NCBI GenBank assembly: GCA_020891255.1
Contig: BQFW01000003.1
Span: 1,794,445 to 1,858,444 of the forward strand
Direction of reading: 5' to 3'
Length of the DNA: 64,000 bases
Source: Entomortierella parvispora E1425
Taxonomy: Eukaryota; Fungi; Mortierellomycota
The notes below the pieces were generated by a model, which ran no database searches, was not told the origin of the DNA, and saw nothing but the letters and a program-made list of their open reading frames with translations. This document shows, piece after piece, positions 1 to 12,015 of the stretch (position 1 is the stretch's first letter; each line of letters starts with the position of its first letter). Position numbers and translations under genes: made by a program.

Positions 1-253
1 GAATTTCGAGGCAAGGCTGCAAGAAAACACAGGGTTGGGACAGGCCGCCCCCAGGGGCAAAAAAAAAAAAAAAAAAAGAGGGCGAAGCAAATTTCCTCGG
101 AATAGGTTCCATTGTGATTTCTGGATAAGGGAAATTGAGCTCTTGTGGACGGATGCACGCGCCGACCCAATCACAGCTCTCAAATAAGAGCACCCCCATT
201 GACCATGCTGTGCTTGCATTGCCCAGAGTGAACACTCTCAAGACACCAATGCA

Positions 254-1225
254 TTAGCCCATAGGAATGTTTGCCTTGACAGGCCTATCAGAGCAGGTCA
301 ATTTTCCCAGACAGGGCTGAAAAATAAATAGCCTGTGGAAGAACCAAACGGGATCATGCCACTTGTAGAAATCCGGCTGTAATAGTTCTAAAGCCTCTTG
401 TTGTTGCTGGGCTTGAATGCTCTTGTTTTCAGAACAAACATACTCGCGGATCAGGGCGTGATGGTCATGATCAGAGGATCCAACTAGTGGTAGATGGCTG
501 CCCATTTATCGCTCTAGAGTTCACCGGTTGAAAATTACGACTATGGCTTGCTAACGATTGATTGGTGGTGTTGAGAAGTGACCAAGATACTATGGAGAAG
601 GTGAGGGAAAAGGGGATGTTGCTATAACGTCCTGAGAAACGCAAGGCGCTACACCCGACCGTTTTCGATGCTGCCCAAATAGCGGCTGGAAGAGCATTTG
701 GGATAAGGTGAGGGTTCTCTCGCTGAATGAGAGACCGCCTGTTGAATCTCATAGCTGTAGTTGAGGACACACAACTCCATGAACTGCTTGAATGCATTTA
801 GGATAGTCAGAGAGCCCTTACTAATATGGGCGAGGACCGCACATTGCTAGATTGTCAAATGGTTAATATTAGTAGGGTCGGAAACTATGATTGAACTTCA
901 TTGGTCTTCAAAAACACACGAGTGGAAAAAACTAAAAATATGTACCTGGACAGGATTACGATCACTCTGAATGACAACGAATAGGTCAAAGCCTACCGAC
1001 CTAGTAGCCAGAGCTGGACTCAATGTCAACTGAGCAGCGCCGTGCAGGGCTCGCTTTTGCTTCAGGACGTGAGGGACGTGCGTTTGATCATCTCCTACAA
1101 GTGCAAGGTCCTCTAGAGTCATCACTCTGTCGCTTTGTCAGCTGGTCCGGAATGAGCGTGCCTCTAGAGTAACCGAATACGAACGTAATCGCAGTAGCGA
1201 AAGCAAATAAAGTCGAAGGATGTAT
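254..1225 (-). pseudogene. Degenerate CAP/SCP (PR-1-like) secreted protein gene
   Basis: Fragments in different frames: a signal-like stretch (I)HPSTLFAFATAITFVFGYSRG starting at ATA 1225, then KQKRALHGAAQLTLSPALA, CAVLAHISKG and AIWAASKTVGCSA. These resemble CAP motifs (KRALH..L.W...LA, H-S, VW..T..VGC). TATAAAAA at 1334-1341. Frameshifts are needed to join the pieces. Confidence 0.4.
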
Positions 1226-1333
1226 GAGATACTGGGAGATACTGGGCAGAAGTTCTGGAAGTTGTAGAAGTTGTAAAATGAGCGGTCTGAAGGAATCTTT
1301 TAGTGGACAAGGGGGGGGGGGGGATTTGTGTCC

Positions 1334-1341
1334 TTTTTATA
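1334..1341 (-). promoter_or_regulatory. TATA box upstream of the CAP-like gene
   Basis: TATAAAAA on the minus strand about 110 nt upstream of the signal-peptide-like stretch. Confidence 0.4.
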
Positions 1342-2334
1342 ATAACGGAAGTAGGTATTAATAACTTCTATACGATCTCCTTGGTGCACTTCAAACACCG
1401 TTGTGGAATCAGTGACGGTATATCTAGTTCTTCGTGGACGCGATAGTGCTCGATGTCAAGCAGTGTGTGGATCGTGTCCTATCAACCTAGATTGTCGGTA
1501 CGATCTCGGTTTATTTGTGGCGCTTGTCGGTTTTTACTATCCAGTCATCCTGCGTTATGCCTCAGCTGTGAACAGAGGCGAGACCATCCAGATATGACTA
1601 AAATTGGGAATCCAAAGGGGAATGAGAGGTAAGAGTCAAGAAATAGTGGCCTGTTGTTCTATTCACTAGCAAGTCAGGCAACTTTGCGAAGAAGATCCCG
1701 GGGTGAGTTGCAAAAGACAGGGATCAACAGGCAATGTTGATGAGGTACAATAAACTGGATGTATAGAAGAGGATGTGTCATGAGGGGGCTAGATGCTGAA
1801 CTTTGGTCAGAGTATGTGGGCAAGCGAGTATTTGGCGGAATCTAACTGTGGATTTACATGGGGGAACAATCCCTGATGCAGAAATCTTATGATGGCAAGC
1901 ACCAGGAGAAGCTCCAAGTTTACGCGTCTTCTCACTCAAGGGAGATATTTACATAAACCGCGAATGTGGCGTATAGGAACGAACCTGTCAGATGCAACCC
2001 CTCAAATCACCGCTTACTGCAAGCAAGGCGGAAGTTCCCCTGATCTGAAAAGGAGTCAAATACCGGGGAAACAACGTGGGACACCAACAGAGGGGGGCGC
2101 TGAAATGGCCAATGTCTGACGTGCCTTGCTCACCATCTGACCGAGCTCCACAATCTATATTTTCTCCCTTCGTTCGAAGTTGAAAAAAGCGGAGCACGTG
2201 ATTGACAACGGTCCGTTGCGGGACGAGTCTCTCTCCGCGCTGATCACATCGCGATCAACAGACATTCTTCGCTTCGCCCATTGTCATCCGTTCTCCTTCC
2301 ATCTATTTCGTGAGGTACCATCGCCATCGTGTCC

Positions 2335-4469
2335 ATGGCCACCTCTGTCCGCCTGATTCGCCCGGCCAGCTCCTTGGCGAAGCAGTCAAATCGTCATCCC
2401 CACTCTGCTTTACATCATTCTCTTCCAGCAACCTTGTTGTCTGTTCGAAGGACCTTCGCCACAACAGTCATTAGCAAGGACAGGGGCAGCGACAACAGTG
2501 TCTCCAGTAACAACATCGGCAATAGCGACAACAATGCCGTCAAGAAAACTGGAGGCGACGTCGATTCCATCAAAGCAAAGAGCAGTATCACTTCTACTAC
2601 AGAAACCGAATCGGCCGAGGCTGCAGCGGAGCGCCAACGAGTCATTGCTCAGGACGCTACCCTCAAGGAAATCCTCGAAAGCGCAGCTACAGAGAAGAAG
2701 AAGCTGCAAGAGGAACTGATGCGTAAACAACGACTCGCATTGGAGCAGGAGCAGAAACGTCAAGCGGCTATCAGGGAGGCCGCCGAGGCCGCAGAGAAGG
2801 CCGAGGCTGAGGCGACAGCCAAAGCGAAGGCGGCCGCAGAGGCAGAGAAGAAAAAATCATACGAAAAAGCCACGGAAGCCTCTTCAGGGCCCAATCAAGG
2901 ACAAGCTGCGGCCAATAGAGTGTCAGAGTCAACGCTCGGATCAAGAACGGCTGTAGAGAGAGTGCAGCAGAGTCTATCAACGTCTTCCAAGGACTCGGCG
3001 AAGAGCGCAACAGCTACAGCTGCCAGCTCATCCCCATCTGTGTCCTCCGCCACGGCGGCAGAAAAGTCGCCCCAATCTCTTCAAAGAGATAACGAATTTA
3101 TTGATGACCCTCTAGAGCCGTTCAAGGCCAGACTATTGCCCTATAAAAAGTCATTGGAATCGTCGACGGAATACATTCGATCCTCGCTACCAGACAGTCT
3201 GCGACAGCTTCAGGAATCAGTCAAAAGAAAGGATTACAGGGATTTGATTTCACAATTATCAGAGCACTTGAACAACTTCACTGGATATACGGCAATCAAC
3301 GACCTGAAGTCCAAAGTTATTGCCCATGGTAAAGAATTGAATTAATTACTAAGAAAATGTCTAGGAATGATGTAACACCGAGCACTAACTTATCAGCTAC
3401 ACATTACACAATACACATAGGCGATAGCCTGGACAAGGCTCGCATCTCATTACTTCAGTCCAAACAGGCTTACGAGGATGCAATTGGAACTAGGTCCGAT
3501 ACCCAAAAGGCGATCAACGATCTTCTTCAACGGAAACATCTTTGGTCTCCTGACGACGTGATTCGATTCACAGACTTGTACAGGTCAGAGCATGCTAACG
3601 AGCAAGCGGAGCTAAAGACTAAGAACGAATACAAGCAAGCAGAATCCGATGTCGAAGAAAAATCAAGAAGATTGACGCGTGTGATCATGGAGCGCTATCA
3701 TGAGGAGCAAGTTTGGTCTGACAAGATTCGGGCCGCCAGTACTTACGGAACTTGGGGTCTTGTCGGTGTGAACGTTATGGCGTTCTTGATTGTTCAAGCC
3801 TTTGTGGAGCCAAGACGGAGAAGAAAACAGGTGGAACGATACGAGGAACTGGTGGACGATTTGACAGAGAGAGGCATTTTGCCGAACAGGAGTATCACGG
3901 ATTCAACTTCTCCCAACCACAGTGCGACACAGCCCATTGCCTCACCAGTTGCTGCCTCAGCAGAAAATGGTAGCGGTGCCGGCACTGTAGCAATTGGAGG
4001 AGCTTTGCTTGGAGGAGAAGATGTTTTACTTAAAATGATTGAGAGTGCCGAGCGTCAAGAAGAACGACTGGGGCGTATGGAAGCACTTCTGATGAAATCA
4101 CCATTAGAGGGGATTCGCAACGACAGCACCAACCCCGACGCAGAACATCCTTCGACTCCATCTTTTGTCGTTGCTGAAGATGGTGCAATTCTGTTTATTT
4201 CACCTGAAAGCGAGGAGGAGAGCCTGGGCACAGAAGGATTTGTACTAGATGGCGATGAGCAAGTTGTCTTTGGTGCACAAAGTGGTGGAGCAGTCTCGAG
4301 CAGGATTACTGAGGACAAGAACAGTTTCAGAACGGAAGGTAGAATCAAGCGGATGCTGACAGATGGTGGACAAGAAGTTTTGGCAACACGTAGTGATTTT
4401 TTGATCAGCGGATTGGGCGGAGCAATCCTCGGAGGATTGGTGACAATGGCCGTGATGATGTACCGATAG
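2335..4469 (+). CDS. SHE9: Mitochondrial inner-membrane She9/Mdm33 family protein; 2 exons, intron 3329-3420
   Basis: Mitochondrial-type N-terminus and coiled coil. Conserved RYHEEQVWSDKIRAASTYGTWGLVGVN..EPRRR motif and a C-terminal TM segment. The GT..AG intron keeps frame. Confidence 0.92.
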
Positions 4470-4777
4470 AAACGACCCCCCCCCCCCCTTTTTTTTTTTT
4501 TTTAGAAACATAGCTTCTGTCGTAAGCCTCTTTCAATTTAATGTAACTCATGTTCATTATTCTCACACTCGGCATCGATTCAGAGAAATTACTTTTGCTA
4601 TGAGGCAGCTATCGCTGAAGAAGTATTAATACCTCTATGGTATTTTATTCTTTGAATAAACATGAAGAAAATCGTCGGTGGCTTAAGACGTTATCCTACT
4701 ATATATCACTGGGTGATGATTCGATCATTCTTGAAAGAAAGGAAAGAAGAAGAGTTTGGCGACCATGTACTGCATGC

Positions 4778-7713
4778 CTAGGCCTCTTTCTGTCCCATCA
4801 TGATACCATTCATTCCCAAGGTGGTCAGAGTCGAATTGGTCTTAAGTGCTTCTGAAAGTGCTTGGGATCCTCCCTTTCCAACCATGTTATGTGACAAGTC
4901 CAACGTGGTCAGAGTCGAATTGATTTTGATCATCTCGGAGAGCGCCAGAGCTCCCTTCTCTCCGATGCAGTTTGACTTCAGGTCCAGGCTGGTCAAAGTC
5001 GAATTCTTCTTGAGCACCTCGCAGAGCATTTGTGTTTCTTTATCTCCAATCCAGAATGACTCCAAGTTCAAGGAGAGCAGTGTCGTGTTCGTTTTGAGGG
5101 CCTTGGACAGCGCCTGAACACCTTTTGCTCCAAACGAATTACGCGACAAGGTCAAGGACGTGAGGGTTGAATTGGTCCTGAGTACTTCGAACAGCACCAG
5201 AGTTCCTTTCTCTCCGATCCCATTATATGTCAAGTCCAACGATGTCAGTGCTGAGTTGACCTTGAGTACTTCGGTCAGCGCCTGCGCTCCTTTGTCCTTG
5301 ATGGAGTTGGATCCCAAGCTTAGGGCGACCAGAGTCGAATTAATCCTAAGTACCTCGGACAGCATCTGAGCACCTTTTTCACTAATCGAGTTTGAATCCA
5401 AATCCAAAGAGATCAGAGTCGAGTTGATCTTGAGAGCCTCGGATATCATCTGAACTCCCCTGTCTCCAATCGTGTTGTCTTTCAAGTTCAAACAGGCCAG
5501 GGTCCTATTAGTCTTGAGCACTTCAGACAGTGCTTGTGCTCCTCTTTCCCCAATTGAGTTGCCGCACAAGCTCAAACTGGTCAACACCGAGTTGGCTACT
5601 AGCGCTTCACACAGGGCCAGAGATCCTTTCTCTCCGATTGAAGTGTAAGATAGGTCCAAGGTGGACAAGGTTGTGTTAGTCTTGAGCGCTTCGATCAGCG
5701 CCTGGCCTCCTTTCTCTTGAACCGACTTGTTCCACAAGAGCAACTTGATCCGAGTATGACCATTATTGAACACTTCAGCAAGCGTCCTAACGTCCATTTC
5801 ATCCAACGATACAACAACAATCTCAAAGGTCAACCGGCGAAGATGAAGCGGCCATTTTGGACTGAAGTTGGAAAGCTTGAGAAGGTCCTTCGGAAGGATA
5901 AGATGAACCGATTTTAAATTGACAGGCTCCAGTAGTCGGTGGAATATGTCATAGCGGGCAGATGTCGATAGCAGTGGGATCGCGGGATTTGGCCGAAACT
6001 GCCGAAGATCAACATGAAGAACCGACACCAAGGAGCTTTTGAGCGCATCCTGTAGGGCTTCGACATCTTTCCTGGTGCAGTCCCACTTCAAACACAGAAT
6101 AAGTTCCAAGACACCTTTGCCTTTGCGGAGGGCAGCATAGAACTCATTGGCAGCAAAACTGGAGTTGAGGGCAATGTCTATAATACCCAGTTGCTCATCA
6201 AAGGTTCCACCTGCAAGCTTGACCACATCTCGCAGCCTCTGGTCGTGCGCTTCTTGATACCCTACACGATAATGGTCGCTGCACACCCATTTAACGTGGC
6301 CGTCCGGGGTCGCCATACGATAGAGGTTTGCAAGAAGATTGTCTTTGCTCGATGTCTTTAAGAATGATCTCAGTTGGCGTAGCTCTACACCCTCCAGACC
6401 TTCAACGTTGCTCAAATAGTTTGTCAGGTCCTGTTGTGTCATTGGGGTGTGCTGGTTGACGTCGTTCATATCGCCCAATGACGATTCCTGGAGCTTCTCC
6501 ATCTGCTTGTCGATGCACTCGAGCGAATAATCGATCTTAGCAGTGACGGTAGCGACTGTTTGTTGGACAGAGTCCACCAGTTCGATCACTTTAAGGTTGG
6601 CCAATGCAGGTACAGCATGGCCAGCGATATTTGTCCCAAACTTGATCAGCTCGAGCATCAGCAAGAGAAATGGACCATACTTCCTGAAGAGCTCTGTCGG
6701 CTCACGCACGATATACCCTTCGTGCCTTGCTAGGTGGAGGTGATGGGGGATCTTGCTTCCTTCTGCTTGGGTGTGCTCGCCACACTCACAAATGAAGTGG
6801 AGGCGAAATTTGTTCCTGAACCAATTGGCGGGGTCGTACTTGGACGGCTCCTCGGGCAAGACTATGAATAACCGTGGGATAGGATACTCAGCTAGCCCTA
6901 CCTGCTGTGTCAAGATTGCCTCAGTCTTGCTCTGGATTAAAACCAATCGGTCCTGCATCTGCTTTTGCAACTCCAGTACTTCCCGGGCAATCTGCTGCGT
7001 CGTAGTACCCTGGTGATGAATTGCATCCAGCTTGCGATTTACTGTGTTTTCAAATTCAGGTCTGGTAACCGATGCTAGAGTCAGCCTGGAATGGATGAGA
7101 GACGAGAGTTCCTCAGAGTTCAGTGGCACTCCTGACCTGTTAGCCAGATCAATAGCCATGTTTACAGAGTTGAGCTGGTTCTGGATATAGGTTGTATTGA
7201 CTCTGGCCAAAGCCGCAGATTGTGGCTCGGTGAACCTGGGAACTTCGATAGGCTCCAAGGCGATGGAAGGATTTGATGACAGGTCTTCGCTGTCATTTGG
7301 GGAAGACGGAAGAGTGCCGACTGCATAGCTGACTGGAGGTGCATTTAAAATGGCCGTATGAGAATAGATAGGAGGATGCTCGGTTTGGGTGGACAATACA
7401 AGATCCAAGACTTCGTCTGGATAGTGCTCTATTCGATGCGGCTCGTATCTAGATAGGCAATAACCATTACTATTTGGACGGATTTCATCCTTCTTCCACA
7501 CAAATAATGTCGCTCAACCGTTTTTTTTTACCTAACTCCATTTGGGTCTCTCAAGATGTTAATTACAACATCACCGCATTTGACAACTCTTACTCCTGGG
7601 AAAACTTGTTCGATATTCTCCCAAAAGATAACGTTTTGCCCATGGATACTATCGATGCTGATATTTTCGACACTTGTTGTGCCAGCAACGCGAAATGCTT
7701 GAGTCTGTTTCAT
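4778..7713 (-). CDS. RNI-like (28-aa) LRR protein with an N-terminal header and a central conserved domain; intron 7449-7531
   Basis: ORF 7528-7713 splices in frame (GVR|YEPH) to the 907-aa ORF. C-terminal array of ~11 28-aa repeats of type LKxNSTLxxLxLxxNxIGxKGAQALSEx. Confidence 0.85.
4790..5710 (-). repeat. 84-bp coding tandem repeat array (LRR units)
   Basis: Recurrent gagtcgaattg/cttgagcac/tctccgat motifs at ~84-nt period matching the 28-aa LRRs. Confidence 0.85.
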
Positions 7714-8163
7714 AGATCCTTTCGAGACGGCAAGGGAGGCAGAGGCGGAGACTGGGGTGGATGATGGATGAAAACGAAAACAAGAGGGGGCGCGGAGAAA
7801 ATATTGGATGACCTTTCGGATTACGATTCCTTGCTCTGTGCAACATTAGAACAAAAGTCTAGACCATGTCCTCATGGACAAATATTTGATGGTCGACTTT
7901 GGTCGAAATGCTTGTGTGGGTCGTTCAGTTGGTCCCTCAGTCTTTCGATTGTCACCCGTCTATCAACCGAGTGTCCAAAGCCAATTTCCTCTTTTGTGAG
8001 ATTACCCTCCATGAAATCCTTCGCTCAAAAAAGCCTCCCAAGACCATATCTCTTAAAAAAATTGGTGGCAAACAATTTCGCAAATCTGGGTACCCTTAAG
8101 AAGGGGGGTACATAATTCTGATGGCTGCCCAGACCTTTGCACCTCCTCTTTGAATCATACAAT

Positions 8164-9398
8164 ATGGTGCGTTAGTTGTACTAGCATCCATCGCCGTGGG
8201 ATCCATCCATCCATCCATCTGCAGCAATCGAAGACAGGAGCAGCCATCTACAACAATGGCATCATGCAGCACACAATAATGCAGTCAACAAGAACGGCCC
8301 TCAGAAACACTACCACCATCGATAAAGTCAACACTAAAAGTCGGCTTTGTTTCCAGGACTATCTGCATCTGGAAGTGAATACGTACTTTGCAGCTTCTTC
8401 ATGACAAGATGCTAGAGGGCGGAAGCACTGCCAGGACTGCATCAACGTTGACACTGCTACATCACAACTCGAGGCGTCCTTTCTCGACCTCTGCAAAAGC
8501 GATGTGCTGTTAGACTAACTATGATCACACAGATCATGTTGACCCAACGAAGACATGGCAGACAAATAACAACGGCGACTGGGGACAGCTCAAATAGCTT
8601 GCCTATAGCATGGACACGGGCACTTCCAACCATTACGACATCCCCCATCGTACTTCGATGTCACAGGTTTCTAATCAGAATATTTTTTCTTTTCACACTT
8701 CCTTTAAACAGGCCAAAAAGGACGTTGCTGCTAAGCCCACGTCATCCTCGGGTGGCAAAGCCAAGAAGAAGGTACATTAGTTTGCCTCTTGGGAGAATAT
8801 TTCGTTCGGAACGACAGGACTATCAGCAATTGAGGAGCGACCCGTTGAGTTAGACACTTGGATATCAAAAAGAGGAGAAACCGGGATGTGCAAAGGATCT
8901 CGATGCGGACACTTCAATATTTTCTTTACACACGATGATCACGGGAGTTAATTGTCAACCTGGGAATATCAGGAGATATCCCAAGCGACTTGTGATCACG
9001 ACCTACTCTACAATTGACTATATCCTCATAAAAGTTTGAGGTCTCTTGGAGCTACTTCTAACGACATACTCTATCATGGAATATTTCACTATCAACAGAA
9101 ATGGTCCAAGGGAAAGGTTAAGGATAAGGCCAACAACGCCGTCGTCCTCGACAAGACCACCTACGACAAGCTCATGAAGGAGGTCCCCACCTACAAGTTG
9201 GTCTCTCCCTCCGTCTTGGTCGATCGTCTCCGCATCAACGGCTCCCTTGCCCGCTTCGCTATCCGCGAGTTGGCTGCCCAGGGTGTCATTGTCCCCGTCT
9301 CCACCCACGGTGCCCAGTGGATCTACACTCGCGCCACTGGCGTTGAGGAGGAGGTCAAGAAGGCCCCCAAGAAGGAGGTCGCCGCCGATGAGGAATAA
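8164..9398 (+). CDS. RPS25: 40S ribosomal protein S25 (eS25); probable exons 8164-8166, 8712-8771, 9099-9398
   Basis: [15 protein letters not shown]|[27 protein letters not shown] is canonical eS25. The ATG-only first exon (ATG|gtgcgt) is inferred. Confidence 0.95.
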
Positions 9399-9543
9399 AT
9401 CTTTTTTTTTTTCGCTCCTTTGAAATCAAATTGTCCCTGTTTTGAAGCTGCTGCAGTACTTGAAGTTTTCGCGTTGTGAGCATTGAATTGATGACTTAAA
9501 GGCGTGTGTGCAGCTTTGCAACAACTACTGTATGCAAAGCTGG

Positions 9544-9553
9544 GTCACGTGAC
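9544..9553. promoter_or_regulatory. GTCACGTGAC E-box (Cbf1-type bHLH site) upstream of NOP56
   Basis: Perfect palindrome ~165 nt upstream of the ATG. Confidence 0.45.
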
Positions 9554-9715
9554 TTACCGGAAGATTCTGATCGCACATGCTGCCCCAGTAGGAAGTAAAC
9601 AACTCTCAAAGACAGTCCAAAAAAAAAGAAAAAAAAGAAAAAGAAACAAAGACCATCGCATTCGCATCAATTTCACTCCTCTCTCACCCTTCTCGCCATC
9701 ACAATCCATATTCAA

Positions 9716-11750
9716 ATGGTAATGCGTCCATCCACTTCCTTTCTGTGCTTCAGAGTTCTCTGTGATGACTCTCTTTGTTGGTCTTCATTGGGGCTCGTTC
9801 CAATCCCTCAATTTGACAATGATTCACTCAGACCACCCAGTCAACGTCCCCTCTCCACAGTTGCTGGACCACCCAGTCGTGGACCGTCATGAGTGACCAC
9901 AATCCGTAGCCACTAATCCATCCATGTCATCGCCATTCTCTAGGTCAACTACTTCTTGTACGAGAGCTCTTCCGGGTATGCTCTCTTTGAGCGTTTGGAA
10001 TCGGAGGAGATTGGTTCCAAGCTCGCCGATGTCTGCGATGCCGCCACTGATCTCACAAAGTTTGGCAAGATGGTCAAGCTCAAGTCCTTTGCTCCTTTCA
10101 AGAGCGCCGCCCACGCTTTGGAGAACATGAACGATGTTTCTGAAGGTATTGAATCGGTCTTCTCTCTCTAGGATACTCGATATCAGACTGTCTCTCGATT
10201 CGTGTTCTCTAACCATTATTCTCCCTTATTGCCCTTTAATCTCCTGTTATTGTCCGACATCTCAACATGGAACCTGCAATTCTTACACTCTGCTACGCCT
10301 TCTAAATTGATCAACAACCAATCTCAACCATTTCTCGACACTATCAATTGACCTTACTTTGGGGTATTGCCCTGATCAGGTATCATGAACGACCACTTGA
10401 AGGCTTTCTTGGAGATGAACCTCCCCAAGCCCGGCAAGAAGTCCAAGGTTGTTTTGGGTGTCACCGAGAAGTCCCTTGCTGGATCCATCAAGGATGGTCT
10501 CGGATACGATGTTGATGCCAGCGAAATCGTCTTGGATCTTGTCCGTGGTGTCCGCTTGTTCGGCGACAAGTTGTTGAAGCAGCTCAAGGAGGGTGATCTC
10601 GAGCGTGCTCAGCTCGGTTTGGGTCACAGTTACTCTCGCGGTAAGGTCAAGTTCAACGTCCACCGTTCCGACAACATGATCATGCAGGCTATTGCTCTCT
10701 TGGATCAGATGGACAAGGATGTCAACACCTTTGCCATGCGCATCAGGTAACCTATATTTTTGTTGTTTTTTGGCTGTCATTTTTTGCAAAGTGGATTTCT
10801 CTCCAGTGGATCTCGAGACTAACCACTGCATCATGAATAATTGAATCCTTTACCAAACAAATAGAGAATGGTACTCATGGCACTTCCCCGAGCTCGTCAA
10901 GATTGTCAACGACAACTACAAGTTTGCCAAGCTTGCCCAGCTTATCAAGAACAAGAGCGACTTGTCCGAGAACAAGTTGGAGGCTTTGGAGGAGATCACT
11001 GGTGATGCCACCCAGGCTCAGCAGATCATTGACGCTGCTCGTGCTTCCATGGGTACCGACATCTCTGAGATTGATATGATCAACATTGAGAACTTTGCCA
11101 AGCGCGTCATTGACCTCTCTGACTACAGAAAGAAGTTGCACGAGTACTTGATCTCCAAGATGAACAACGTTGCCCCCAACTTGTCCGCTTTGATCGGCGA
11201 GATGGTCGGTGCCCGTTTGATCTCCCACGCCGGCTCCTTGACCAACCTTTCCAAATATCCCGCTTCGACTGTTCAGATTCTTGGTGCCGAGAAGGCTCTC
11301 TTCCGTGCCTTGAAGACCAAGGGTAACACCCCCAAGTACGGTTTGATCTACCACTCTTCTTTCATCGGCCGTGCCGGTGCCAAGAACAAGGGTCGCATCT
11401 CCCGTTTCGTCGCCAACAAGTGCTCGATCGCTTCCCGCATCGATTGCTTCAGCGAATTGCCCACCACCAAGTTCGGTGAGGCCATGAAGCAACAGGTGGA
11501 GGAGCGTCTTGAGTTCTACGAGACTGGTGCCACCCCCACCAAGAACGCCGATACGATGAAGAAGGTCATTGATGGCTTGAAGGATGCCGCTGGTGATGAG
11601 GAGGAGTCATCGCCTAAGAGCAAAAAGAGAAAGGTTGAGGAGGATGAGGCACCCGCCAAGAAGAGCAAGAAGGAAAAGTCTTCGGAGAAGGAGGACAAGA
11701 AGGAAAAGAAGGAGAAGAAGGAGAAGAAGGAGAAGAAGTCCAAGAAGTAA
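9716..11750 (+). CDS. NOP56: Box C/D snoRNP protein Nop56; exons 9716-9718, 9944-10145, 10380-10746, 10865-11750
   Basis: [69 protein letters not shown], and a KKE-rich tail. All introns GT..AG in frame. Confidence 0.97.
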
Positions 11751-12015
11751 ATTACCTCTTTGCTTCAAACTCTTTTCTCTTTCCCTCTCTTTGTATACAC
11801 CAGCGCACACTTTCTTCTTCATTGCTTGCTTTCTTATATTTCATTTTATTTTCATTTTTGCCAATTAAAACATTTCGCATGAACCATTAATTGTCAGCGT
11901 GGGGGCTTAAGGGTGTGGACATTGAATTTGGTGGCAACGCAGAGAATCAGCTTCGCCACATGCAATGCCCTCCTTCATTCTTTTCTCTTTCTCCACTCGA
12001 ACAATACCCAGAAGC

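Noticed and set aside
4790-5710. CRISPR-like regularly spaced repeats
   Set aside because: The period is 84 nt, in frame within a coding LRR array, in a eukaryotic context with no cas genes.
9762-9900. Box C/D snoRNA in NOP56 intron 1 (GTGATGA at 9762-9768)
   Set aside because: No downstream CTGA D box or terminal stem was found in the intron.
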